This document shows positions 54,487 through 64,000 of a stretch of DNA of 64,000 nt, piece by piece. The DNA is taken from the NCBI GenBank assembly GCA_030748495.1, contig JASMLX010000007.1:18856-82855 (forward strand). Reading direction: 5' to 3'. Position 1 is the first letter of the stretch. Each line of letters opens with the position of its first letter. This DNA is from Candidatus Poribacteria bacterium. Its GTDB lineage: Bacteria > Poribacteria > WGA-4E > UBA9662. The notes beneath the pieces are model-generated. The model had not been told where the DNA came from. It saw only the letters and a list, made by a program, of their open reading frames with translations, and ran no database searches. A program made the translations under genes and the position numbers.

Positions 54487-55659
54487 CTAGAATAGAGCCC
54501 GCCGTATTTGCCGCACAGCTTGTCGGATTCGGTCCACATTTTCAACTAGCGCAATCCGGACGTAGCCTTCACCATTGTGGCCAAAACCGGCTCCAGGTGA
54601 AATACAAACCTCCGCTTCGTCGAGTATCTTAGTAGCAAATTCCATTGAAGTCAGGTGCTGATACGGTTTGGGAATTGGTGCCCAGACAAACATTGAAGCA
54701 CGCGGCAATTGCACTGACCAGCCGATGCGATTCAATCCTTCGACCAGAGCATCACGCCGTTTCTGATAGGTTTGCGCATGCTCTTTCACTAGGTCTGGTT
54801 CAGATCGTAAGGCGGTGATACCGGCCACCTGAATCGGTGCAAAGATTCCGTAGTCGTAATAGCCTTTGATTTGGGCTAAAGCGTCAATTAGCTCTGCGTT
54901 CCCGACAGCGAAGCCACACCGCCACCCCGCCATATTGTAGGATTTGGAGAGAGAGAGAAACTCTATCCCTATATCTTTAGCATCTTCAATCTGTAAAAGG
55001 CTGGGTGCTTCATAGCCGTCAAAAACGATATCCGCATAGGCTAAGTCGTGAACAACCACGATCTGGTTCTTTTTGGCAAAATCGACGACCTCTCTGAAGA
55101 AGTCCAGATCGACTACTGCTCCTGTCGGATTATGTGGAAAACTCAGGATTAACACTTTGGGACGAGGCCAGATATCGCGTGTAATCTCCGACAGACTAGG
55201 CACAAACTGGTTTTCTTCATGCAGGGGAATACTGACAACACTCCCGCCTGCTAAGATGATGCTATAAATGTGGATTGGGAAAGTTGGGTTTGGTACCAAG
55301 ACTAAATCACCTTCGTCGATCAGTGCCAACGCCAAGTGAGACAAGCCCTCTTTGGTACCGATTACAGAGATCGCCTCGGTATCGGGATTCAGATCAACCC
55401 CAAAGCGGCGCTGATAGTGCCTGCAGATCTCACGTCGCAAGTTAAAAATCCCTTTTGATGCTGAGTAGCGATGATTTCGTGGGTCTTGAACTGCTTCGCA
55501 GAGTTTATCCACAATTGGTTGTGGTGTTGGATCGTTCGGGTTGCCCATTCCTAAGTCGATGACATCAATGCCCTGTGTTCGGCGCTCGTAGGTCAACTGC
55601 TTCAATTTACCAAACATATAGGGCGGTAAGCGGTCTAGACGTTTTGAAAAGGCGTTCAT
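54487..55659 (-). CDS. Class I/II PLP aminotransferase (AlaC/LL-DAP aminotransferase-like)
   Basis: 'DLGMGNP', 'GTKEGL', 'HNPT', 'DLAY', 'SLSKSYNMAGWR'. Confidence 0.9.
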   Translation of the reverse strand: MNAFSKRLDRLPPYMFGKLKQLTYERRTQGIDVIDLGMGNPNDPTPQPIVDKLCEAVQDPRNHRYSASKGIFNLRREICRHYQRRFGVDLNPDTEAISVIGTKEGLSHLALALIDEGDLVLVPNPTFPIHIYSIILAGGSVVSIPLHEENQFVPSLSEITRDIWPRPKVLILSFPHNPTGAVVDLDFFREVVDFAKKNQIVVVHDLAYADIVFDGYEAPSLLQIEDAKDIGIEFLSLSKSYNMAGWRCGFAVGNAELIDALAQIKGYYDYGIFAPIQVAGITALRSEPDLVKEHAQTYQKRRDALVEGLNRIGWSVQLPRASMFVWAPIPKPYQHLTSMEFATKILDEAEVCISPGAGFGHNGEGYVRIALVENVDRIRQAVRQIRRALF

Positions 55660-55680
55660 CCTATAGCCTCCGAATTTCGA

Positions 55681-56310
55681 TTAGCAGGTTTCCTGTAGTT
55701 CGACAAATCTAACATTATCTATTTGGTGCAAATTCGCCTGGAAGTACTGAACTGCACTTTGCCGGATTTTGACCTGGATCACCACATCTTGATCGTAGAT
55801 GACATTGACAATCTTCCCTTGTAACCTTTGGGTCAATTTGTAAATCTGATCAACTCGATCGTAGCTAACAGTAACTTTCAATTGTCGATAGTAAATCTGA
55901 GTACGAATTTTGGCCTGGGCCAGGCACTGGCGAGCACACTTGCCGTAAGCGCGGATTAGCCCGCCGATGCCGAGATTGATTCCACCATAGTAACGAACAA
56001 CCACGCATATGAGATTCGATAGATCTGAGGATTGAAGTGCGGAGAGAATAGGTGGGCCGGCCGAGTTGGTTGGTTCACCCCCATCAGTGGCGTACTCTCG
56101 TTGTTGCAGGCCTAAACCGATCCGGTATCCGTAGCAATAGTGAGTAGCATTTGGGTAATCTCGCTGTGCTGAAGAGACAAAACCTTTAACCAACTCAATA
56201 GATGCTATCGAGTTGGCAAGTCCGATAAAGCGGGACTTTTTAATCACTGATTTTGACGTTGTCATATCAGCAATCGTACTATATTCATCTATCAAGAGTT
56301 GGCTGGTCAT
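55681..56310 (-). CDS. YigZ/IMPACT family protein
   Basis: 'IKKSRF', 'ATHYCY', 'DGGEP..AG', 'VRYYGG..LG.GGLIRAY'. Confidence 0.92.
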   Translation of the reverse strand: MTSQLLIDEYSTIADMTTSKSVIKKSRFIGLANSIASIELVKGFVSSAQRDYPNATHYCYGYRIGLGLQQREYATDGGEPTNSAGPPILSALQSSDLSNLICVVVRYYGGINLGIGGLIRAYGKCARQCLAQAKIRTQIYYRQLKVTVSYDRVDQIYKLTQRLQGKIVNVIYDQDVVIQVKIRQSAVQYFQANLHQIDNVRFVELQETC

Positions 56311-56315
56311 GGTGA

Positions 56316-57401
56316 CTACCCCAGTTGGATAGCAAAGGCCAGCATCGAAGTCCCACGAGTAACAGTAACGCGTTGAAAAAGCTCCGGTTCTGGTTGAAAA
56401 TAAGGCTGATAGTTAATCGTTAATTGTGTTTGGAATATCTGCCAGGTTAACCCAAATTTCAATCCCTCCATCCGCCACAATCGCCGGGTCGATATAGTTT
56501 TGCCATCGGTCAAGTTGTGAGCCACCTGTTGTTGCCCCTCCACCCATCGAACGTAACCCAACCGCAAAGCCAGTAGATCTTTATACTTCGCTTGGCTGGT
56601 TAGGTCGATTTGCAGTCCATGTTCAAATTGAGGTAGATGTGCCAAGCTAAAGTTCAAATCAAAGTCACCGACTTCACCTCGGTAAAGGCTACTGACAATC
56701 ACATTTGGCTGGAGTTTATCCGGAACTTCCGGGTTTTGAAAAGAGAGACCGTTGCTCAGATTTCTGACCATGACGCCGACCTGAAACTGTGGGTTGATCG
56801 TCTGTACCAACCCTAAATTGTAAACATAACCGTGTCCTAATTGTCCAACGTAGTCAACTTCAGGTGCTAATTCCACTTTTGAACGTAGCCATTTTGCATC
56901 CAAACCGAATGCTAGGCGTGGTACGATTTTCAGCGCGTACCGTAACCCAAAGGCATGATTTGAACGGCGAAAGGAACTGGCCGCTTTACCTACGTTGGTC
57001 ATTCGGCTAAATGGACCATAATGCTCAAAGGCGAAGTCGAGGCCGATAATGCCAATATTCTTTATCGGCGTGGCGAGGCTCCATCGTTCGTACCCCCCAG
57101 AAACTAGATCATATTGCTGGCTATCGACTAACTTCCCCTCCTGATTTTGCTGTGCTAATTGTGAAATCGAATGGGGGTAACGTCCAACAGCAATTCGGGT
57201 TTGTAGACCTACTTTAGGGACAGAGGCAATTGTTGCTGGATTATCATAGAGTAATGAACTTCGGCTAAACTGCCTTAAAAAGTGACCTGTAGTAGACTCT
57301 ATAGCTATTGGTTCTGAAATGGATACGTCAACCTGCCCTTGAGTCCAAGACCAACCGATTAATAGGTGAAAAAGGAGGTAATAAGTCCAAATTTTCATCA
57401 A
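56316..57401 (-). CDS. Outer-membrane beta-barrel, PorV/PorQ-like
   Basis: Signal peptide, 'YDNPA', amphipathic strands, 'GVMVRNL', 'ALRLGY'. Confidence 0.5.
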   Translation of the reverse strand: MMKIWTYYLLFHLLIGWSWTQGQVDVSISEPIAIESTTGHFLRQFSRSSLLYDNPATIASVPKVGLQTRIAVGRYPHSISQLAQQNQEGKLVDSQQYDLVSGGYERWSLATPIKNIGIIGLDFAFEHYGPFSRMTNVGKAASSFRRSNHAFGLRYALKIVPRLAFGLDAKWLRSKVELAPEVDYVGQLGHGYVYNLGLVQTINPQFQVGVMVRNLSNGLSFQNPEVPDKLQPNVIVSSLYRGEVGDFDLNFSLAHLPQFEHGLQIDLTSQAKYKDLLALRLGYVRWVEGQQQVAHNLTDGKTISTRRLWRMEGLKFGLTWQIFQTQLTINYQPYFQPEPELFQRVTVTRGTSMLAFAIQLG

Positions 57402-57823
57402 AACGAGGTTTCGACCTGTTCAGGGTGACCAAGCAGAATCACGTTAGCAATCGCATAATAAGCGGTGTGGGAGAGGGTTATCATGTTGTCCGTAACGCCA
57501 ATTTTCTCTGCGTATCGTTTGGCTCCGTTGGAAAGAGTCAGGATGGGTTTTCCCAATTTATCAGGTAATACCTCCACATCTTTCCATCTAATATCGTTAA
57601 TTAACCCTGTGCCAAGCGCCTTAAAGGTGGCCTCTTTAGCTGCAAAACGGGTGGCTAGTTTTTGATAGCGCAACGGCGGTTCTCCGCTATAATTTAGTTC
57701 TCCTATCGTATAGATACGTCGCTCAAAGCGAGTTCCCCATCTTTGGCAGGAGGTGGTAATCCGGTCGACTTCGATAATATCGATACCAATACCAATAATA
57801 CTGAGTTGTGAGTCGTGCCTCAT
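57398..57823 (-). CDS. acpS: Holo-ACP synthase
   Basis: 'GIGIDII', 'RFAAKEATFKALGTG', 'GKP', 'LSH'. Confidence 0.95.
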   Translation of the reverse strand: MRHDSQLSIIGIGIDIIEVDRITTSCQRWGTRFERRIYTIGELNYSGEPPLRYQKLATRFAAKEATFKALGTGLINDIRWKDVEVLPDKLGKPILTLSNGAKRYAEKIGVTDNMITLSHTAYYAIANVILLGHPEQVETSF

Positions 57824-57849
57824 TATGGGAATTAATGGGTCGCTTACCG

Positions 57850-58674
57850 TCAGCGACAGATTGCGTCGGTGACTTTCACCACACGTTTCACAGTTGCCAC
57901 ATCGTGAACCCTTACAATATCTACCCCTTTGGATATTGACCAGGCGACGGCTGCAGCGGTACCTTCATCCCTTTGATCGGCGGGTAGATCCAATATCTGT
58001 CCAATGAAGGCTTTACGCGAAGTCCCAATCAGCAGTGGACGTTTCAGTTGGCGAAAGACCTCTAAATTTCGTAGTAGCTGAAGGTTGTGATCAAACGTTT
58101 TACCAAAACCAATTCCCGGATCTACAATAATTAGATCTTCTCTAATTCCTTTATCGACTGCGTGATTGATTGCTTCCTTTAACCAGTCGTAGACTTCGGT
58201 GACGACGTTTTGATAGCTGGGCGATTTTTGCATAGTATTTGGTGTGCCCTGCATATGCATCAATATTACACTGGCATTCGCTTCGGTGACCACCTCAACC
58301 ATTTTAGGGTCACCGTAGAGAGCGGTAATGTCGTTGACGAGGTGGGCTCCAGTCTGCAGTGCTTTCATTGCAACCTCAGCTTTGCAGGTATCGACCGAGA
58401 TGATCGTCTCCGTTTGATCCGCCAGTGCTTGGATCACAGGAATTACTCGTCGGCACTCTTCATCTGCCGACACGGGTTGAGCATTCGGTCGAGAGGATTC
58501 GCCACCAACATCGATAATGTCTGCCCCATCGAGAACCATCTGCTTGGCACCAGCGACAGCTATATCGACATCATCATAACAGCCACCGTCAGAGAAGGAG
58601 TCGGGAGTGACATTCAAGATGCCCATAACCGCCGTTTGCTGGCCGAAGGTCCACTGCTTATTTCGAAACTCCAT
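57850..58674 (-). CDS. folP: Dihydropteroate synthase
   Basis: 'MGILNVTPDSFSDGG', 'DPGIGFGK', 'SRK', 'RVHDV'. Confidence 0.97.
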   Translation of the reverse strand: MEFRNKQWTFGQQTAVMGILNVTPDSFSDGGCYDDVDIAVAGAKQMVLDGADIIDVGGESSRPNAQPVSADEECRRVIPVIQALADQTETIISVDTCKAEVAMKALQTGAHLVNDITALYGDPKMVEVVTEANASVILMHMQGTPNTMQKSPSYQNVVTEVYDWLKEAINHAVDKGIREDLIIVDPGIGFGKTFDHNLQLLRNLEVFRQLKRPLLIGTSRKAFIGQILDLPADQRDEGTAAAVAWSISKGVDIVRVHDVATVKRVVKVTDAICR

Positions 58675-58776
58675 CTGATTAGGTCTGTAGATAAAAACAG
58701 AGGCAACACTGATCCAATTAGCTTACAATGGATCAGGTTGCCTCTACAGGTTCGTTTTTAAAGTGTAGGCTCTAAC

Positions 58777-60648
58777 TTAGCTAGTGCTGGTTTGTGGTCT
58801 AGGACCGAGGACAGCTATAATTTCCTCGTTAATGAGTGTCTCTTTTTCCAGTAGTTCCTCTGCCAAATCCCTTAATCCGTTCGAATTAGAGGTAATAATT
58901 GACTTGGCACGGTCATAACAATCGGTCACAATCCCTTGTACTGCGTGGTCGATCTCAAGGGCCGTGCTTTCACTGTAGTCTTTGTGATGTGCCATCTCTT
59001 TACCCAGAAATATTTGTTGTTCGTTTTTGCCAAAAGCCAGCGGCCCTAATTCGCTCATTCCCCATTGCGTCACCATCTTACGAGCCAGATCTGTTGAACG
59101 CTCAAAGTCATTTTGCGCTCCAGTAGTTTGTTCATCGAACTTGATTTCTTCAGCAACTCGCCCACCCAAGAGGACGGTGATCTGTCCGATCAAGTACTTC
59201 TTACCAAAATTATGTCGTTCTTCAGTGGGCAAAGCGACAGTAACTCCCATCGCTCGTCCACGTGGAATAATGGAACACTTATAGTTGGGGTCACTTTCTG
59301 GAATAAAGTGATGGAGAATCGCGTGTCCCGCTTCGTGATAAGCGGTAATTTCTCTCTCTCTCTGACTAATGACCAGACTACGGCGTTCAGGTCCCATCAT
59401 TACCCGATCCTTAGCCTCTTCAAAACACTCTAGATCAACACTCTCTTTATTCTGTTTAGCTGCTAGGAGTGCAGCCTCGTTAGCCATATTAGAGACATCT
59501 GCGCCAGAGAAGTTTGGTGTTGCTTTGGCCAGAATTTTTAGATCTACATCGTCGGCTAGTTTGAAGGGGGATTTGGTGTGAACGGTGAACAGTTCTTCAC
59601 GCCCCTTGACATCGGGCATGTCGACCACAATCTGGCGGTCGAAGCGTCCTGGTCTAAGCAGTGCTGGATCTAATACATCAGGCCTATTGGTGGCTGCGAT
59701 TAAAATCAACCCTTCAGAGCTATCGAACCCGTCCATACTGACGAGCAGTTGGTTGAGTGTTTGTTCTCTTTCGTCATGTCCGCCACCGATTCCAGCACCG
59801 CGGTGGCGGCCTACTGCATCTAGCTCATCAATAAAAATGATACAGGGGGCATCTTTTTTGCCGGTCTCAAATAGATCCCTGACACGAGAAGCGCCGACCC
59901 CAACGAACATTTCTACGAAGTCAGATCCGCTGATACTGTAGAATGGAACCTCGGCTTCACCGGCAACGGCTCGCGCCAAAAGCGTCTTACCTGTTCCTGG
60001 CGGCCCCATTAGCAAGACCCCTTTTGGAATCCGTCCACCCAACCGCTGAAATTTCTTGGGATCTTTCAAAAACTCGATTACTTCCACCAGTGCTTCCTTA
60101 GCTTCATCGCATCCAGCAACATCCTTGAAAGTAGTGTTTGTCTGGCTTTCACCATGAAGTTTCGCACGGCTTTTCCCAAAAGACATGGCTCGATTACCCG
60201 CCCCCTGCATCTGCCGTGAAATAAAGATCATAATGCCAAGGAAAAGTAGAATTGGCAAGACGGTCGAACCGACAAAAACCAGCCATTGTGGAAAGTTAGA
60301 GGACATTTCGTTATCGAAGCGAATCTGATTTTCTATCAGTTCTTCTTCTAAGGGATAGGTGGAATAGACATCTCGGCTCGTTTTGAAAGAACCATCCCAG
60401 TTAGTGTGCGGTGGGTTGATGACATGTCGCTGCCCCGAATTGCTGAGTCGGCCACGAATCCAATCTTTGTCAATTTTAATTGCCCCTTCAAAGAGGAGGT
60501 GACTGTCATCTTTCCGGATGAGAGAGTAAAATTCAGAGGTTTTTAGCTTATGCTCAGGCGGTTTGGGATCCATAAGCCGGTAAGTGGCAAAGACAACAAT
60601 GCCGATTAAGACGAACCAAACGATTGCACTCTTTGCATTTTTTTTCAC
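58777..60648 (-). CDS. ftsH: ATP-dependent zinc metalloprotease FtsH
   Basis: Two TM helices, 'GPPGTGKT', 'FIDE', 'RPGRFDR', 'HEAGH'. Confidence 0.98.
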   Translation of the reverse strand: MKKNAKSAIVWFVLIGIVVFATYRLMDPKPPEHKLKTSEFYSLIRKDDSHLLFEGAIKIDKDWIRGRLSNSGQRHVINPPHTNWDGSFKTSRDVYSTYPLEEELIENQIRFDNEMSSNFPQWLVFVGSTVLPILLFLGIMIFISRQMQGAGNRAMSFGKSRAKLHGESQTNTTFKDVAGCDEAKEALVEVIEFLKDPKKFQRLGGRIPKGVLLMGPPGTGKTLLARAVAGEAEVPFYSISGSDFVEMFVGVGASRVRDLFETGKKDAPCIIFIDELDAVGRHRGAGIGGGHDEREQTLNQLLVSMDGFDSSEGLILIAATNRPDVLDPALLRPGRFDRQIVVDMPDVKGREELFTVHTKSPFKLADDVDLKILAKATPNFSGADVSNMANEAALLAAKQNKESVDLECFEEAKDRVMMGPERRSLVISQREREITAYHEAGHAILHHFIPESDPNYKCSIIPRGRAMGVTVALPTEERHNFGKKYLIGQITVLLGGRVAEEIKFDEQTTGAQNDFERSTDLARKMVTQWGMSELGPLAFGKNEQQIFLGKEMAHHKDYSESTALEIDHAVQGIVTDCYDRAKSIITSNSNGLRDLAEELLEKETLINEEIIAVLGPRPQTSTS

Positions 60649-60759
60649 TTACAACTAAACCTCTTTCCCACAGGGCCGAACAAAAACTTAGGTGTTGAAC
60701 CAAGCTATTTAGTGGGCTAAAGTATAACAAAACCCAACCTTGAATATCAAATTAAACTA

Positions 60760-62450
60760 AAGAATCGGTCGACCCATCATCCCCTCCGGAATCGGTGTTC
60801 CTGGTGGGGATAGGATGGTGAGGACACAATCAAAAGGATGCAGATCTAGCCGTTTTCTGCTACTTGATCTGAAGGTATTTTCATAATGAAAACTCCTTCG
60901 TGTGCATGGTTGGCATCGTTTGGCCCAGTATCATTTTAGAATGTATGAATCTGATTCAGTCCACACTGCTAATCGACCGCCAATACAGATTACCAGAGTA
61001 GGTGATCAGATCTAGTGGAATGTTCCGACACTCGACATATTAAGAAAGCTAAGAAAGCATAAAATCCATGAGGGATGCGATCTACGCCCATTTCCACCAC
61101 CATGCAAAAATCCTACGGCTTGGTTTGTACCAGATGCTGAACTAGGGTCTGTTAACACTAAGAAAAGAAATCCGGTATAATGGGCTATGATGGAACTAAC
61201 ACAGGAACAATATCAAGAAATAAAGCCGTCTTTACCCGTCCAAAGAGGAAAGGTCAAACTATCCAATCGGAAACTTCTGAATCGGATTTGGTCTGTTGCC
61301 GTGCAGGGGTGTCAATGGAGAGGTCTTCCCTCTAGGTTTGGAAATTGGCCTCCAATCTACAGGGAGATGTACTGATGGGCCAAAACAGGGGTCTTAAATG
61401 GCCGATTTGAAGCCTGGCCAGCAAAGAATATCATTCCAGTCAGGATAGAAGGCTATTGATTAGATAGCAGATCCGTGAAAGTGCATCCTGATGGAACAGG
61501 AGCATGAAAAAAACGGCCAGCCGTCGATTGGAAAGTCAGGAGGAGGATGGACCACAAAAATCCATCTGCTGGCCCAAGATACTGGTAGGGCAATAGCTTT
61601 TCGACTCTCCCCCGGCAACTGTCATGATGCGGCTGAAGGAGAAGGCTGGTTGAAAGGCATCGATTTCCCTTTGGCTGGCTGCCCAATGATTATGGATCCA
61701 GCAGATGAAGGAGATACGGCTCGACCGCCGGCTTTAGACTTGATCTTCTCGGCTGTTATTCCTGCCAAATCAAATCGCCTAGATCCTTGGGAGTCTGACC
61801 AAGAGCTCTACCAAAAGAGGAATGAAGTGGAAGGATTGTTCAGGGGGCGGAAGGGATTTGGCCGGATCTTCTCTGGCTGGGACCAGCTGGATCGGATGTT
61901 TTCTGCTTTCGGGTTCTTGGTGCTGATTGTCGATTCGCTTAGATCGTGTTAACTAGCCCTAATCAAAAACGCTTGTCGGTTATTTGGTAGATCTGAACCA
62001 GAAGCCAATCTCTATCTTCCGTGCGAAAGTTGCTAACGTCCAGCATATAGTTATTGATGACACGGTTGACCTCTGTCTTAAAGACTGAGGGAAAGATGAG
62101 GGTATTTTCTATCGTCGGGGTCAGGAAGGTTAGGAAACAGGAGACCAAATGGTCTTTTAATGGTTTCGGTGGGTAGGTGACAAGTACACCGACCAAGATC
62201 AGACCGTATCGGCTTTTACCACTTAACCCGTTTTCGAAAGCCGTAAATGCCAAGTTGGCCCGAATCCTGGTTGGTTAATACCGACATCCAGGCGAGACAG
62301 GTAATCGGTGGATCGCAACTTCTGCAGTTATGCCGGAAATCCCTGTAGGGATTGGGAACTGGATACTGAGCGGGCTATCATCGAATTGGTTGAAAACGAG
62401 TTTGACCGTGGCACAACCCAAACCGATGACCAGAACTTTGAAATCCGCTT
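60760..62450 (-). pseudogene. Type I phosphodiesterase/alkaline-phosphatase-superfamily pseudogene split by IS5
   Basis: 'KVLVIGL.CA', 'PPIT..AWM', 'LGIYGFR', 'NFRTEDRD..TDKRF' before the IS; 'MVVEMGVDRI.HGF' and 'DTGPNDANH' after it; ends approximate. Confidence 0.72.
61143..61961 (+). mobile_element. Degenerate IS5-family (IS427-group) element, copy 2
   Basis: TIRs TAGGGTCTGTTAACAC / GTGTTAACTAGCCCTA; closely similar to 30376-31180. Confidence 0.9.
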
Positions 62451-62494
62451 GCACCGAGGAAAGGAAAGAGGGTTCTGATGATCCTCTTTAAAAA

Positions 62495-64000
62495 TTATTC
62501 GCTTTCAATCACTTGGGTATCAGCGATAACTTTCTGGGCCAGTTCGCTTGGTACCTGCTCGTAAGCATCATATTCCATGGTGAAAGTTCCGCGAGCACTA
62601 GTGATTGATTTCAAGTCGATTGAATAGCGGAAAAGTTCTGACAAAGGAGCTGTGGCCTGAATAACCTGCCGTTTCCCAACCTGTTCCATACCCACAATCC
62701 GCCCACGCTTACTATTCAGATCCCCCATTACATCACCCATATACTGGTCTGGAACTGAGATCGACATATTCATAATTGGTTCTAGCAGAATCGGCTTAGC
62801 TGCTTGCACTGCATCTTGGAGAGCTTGTGAACCCGCAATTTGAAAGGCCATATCGGAAGAGTCTACAGGATGGTGTTTGCCATCGTAGAGCGTGACTTTT
62901 AATCCGTAAAGCGGATAGCCAGCTAAAACACCTTTCTGCATAGAACTCTGAACGCCCTTCTCAACTGCTGGAATATAGTTACGAGGAACAGATCCACCGG
63001 TAACTTGGTCAACAAATTCAAGCTCTTCTTCTAAATCTGAAAGAGGTTCTAGGTTAATCCAGACTTCTCCGAACTGACCTCGTCCGCCACTCTGCTTTTT
63101 GAGTCGGCCACGAACCCCGTCAACACGGCCCCGAACCGTTTCGCGATAGGGCACTTTAGGATCTTCCGTGGCGGTTTCAATTCCAAATTTCTCTTGGATT
63201 CGCTCTCGAACAACAGTCATATGCAGTTCGCCCAAACCCGATACCAGCAGTTGCCGGGTTACTTCGTTACGGCTAATCTGAAAAGTGGGATCTTCTTCGG
63301 ACATCCGCTGTAATGAGACAGACAACTTTTCATCATCACCGTCGCGGACCGGAAGAACGGCAACCGAAATTACGGGACTAGGGAAATCGATACCGGGTAG
63401 TTGGATTGGATCGTCGGCATTGCAGAAGGTATCTCCGGTTCCAGCCAAGTTCAGCTTAATTGCCACACCAAAATCACCGGCCACAACCTGTGGTGTACTG
63501 ACGAGATCTTTACCATTCATAAAGGATAGCTTACCAATCCGCTCGTTCTCGTTCTTAGTTGCGTTTCGGAGTTGACTATCACCGGCTAAAGTTCCTGAAA
63601 AAACCCGAAAAAACGTTAGACGACCAGAAAACGGATCGGCCAGCGTTTTAAATACTAATACAGATAAGGGGGCAATTTCGGTGGCCTCAAAAGTTGTTTC
63701 GCCGTCTTCACTTTCAACCACAACAGAAACGGGTGATGGATAGCAGGTTAGTAGGAGATCCATCAGTTGCCCAACGCCAATGTTTTGAGTAGCTGAACCA
63801 CAGGTGACGAGTACAAAGTCGCCTGTCGACAAACCACTCCGTAACCCAGCCTCTATTTCCTCACCACTTAGCTCACCCTCTTCAAAAAACTTCTCAATCA
63901 GGTCTTCGTCATTTTCAGCCGCCATCTCGGTCAATTCTTCCCTCTGGGCTTCGGCTTGTTCTTGCAAATCGTCGGGAACATTAGACTCATCTAACTGGAT
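62495..64000 (-). CDS. fusA: Elongation factor G paralog (5'-truncated by the window edge)
   Basis: 'EEDPT', 'GLGELH', 'VPYRET', 'KQSGGRGQFG', 'VDSSDMAF', 'LLEPIM'; no tuf downstream. Confidence 0.88.
   Translation of the reverse strand: MQLDESNVPDDLQEQAEAQREELTEMAAENDEDLIEKFFEEGELSGEEIEAGLRSGLSTGDFVLVTCGSATQNIGVGQLMDLLLTCYPSPVSVVVESEDGETTFEATEIAPLSVLVFKTLADPFSGRLTFFRVFSGTLAGDSQLRNATKNENERIGKLSFMNGKDLVSTPQVVAGDFGVAIKLNLAGTGDTFCNADDPIQLPGIDFPSPVISVAVLPVRDGDDEKLSVSLQRMSEEDPTFQISRNEVTRQLLVSGLGELHMTVVRERIQEKFGIETATEDPKVPYRETVRGRVDGVRGRLKKQSGGRGQFGEVWINLEPLSDLEEELEFVDQVTGGSVPRNYIPAVEKGVQSSMQKGVLAGYPLYGLKVTLYDGKHHPVDSSDMAFQIAGSQALQDAVQAAKPILLEPIMNMSISVPDQYMGDVMGDLNSKRGRIVGMEQVGKRQVIQATAPLSELFRYSIDLKSITSARGTFTMEYDAYEQVPSELAQKVIADTQVIESE

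Overview
Bacterial chromosome segment, most consistent with Candidatus Poribacteria. This is an inference from the many Gfo/Idh/MocA paralogs, a LamG protein ending in the 'AVEATDKLPTTWARVK' tail, and an FGE-sulfatase/Ig/dockerin/FlgD-type secreted protein. 1-28.8 kb holds catabolic and accessory genes: five Gfo/Idh/MocA oxidoreductases, M28, C1B and M32 peptidases, a GH95 fucosidase, a mandelate racemase-family enzyme, a probable CC-adding enzyme and an interrupted secreted caspase-PEGA gene. 28.9-38.2 kb is a graveyard of decayed IS elements (IS1 with two nested IS5 elements, IS630, IS1634, an unclassified DDE transposase, IS982) plus an integrase remnant. 38.3-41.7 kb encodes a large secreted protein whose C-type-lectin-fold domain carries the codon signature of a DGR variable region, with no RT or template repeat in the window. 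42-64 kb is mostly housekeeping (recX, alaS, larB, eno, map, miaB, acpS, folP, ftsH, an EF-G paralog), with a phosphodiesterase pseudogene split by IS5. I recognised no rRNA, tRNA or CRISPR array. All calls are from motif recognition by eye; no searches were run.
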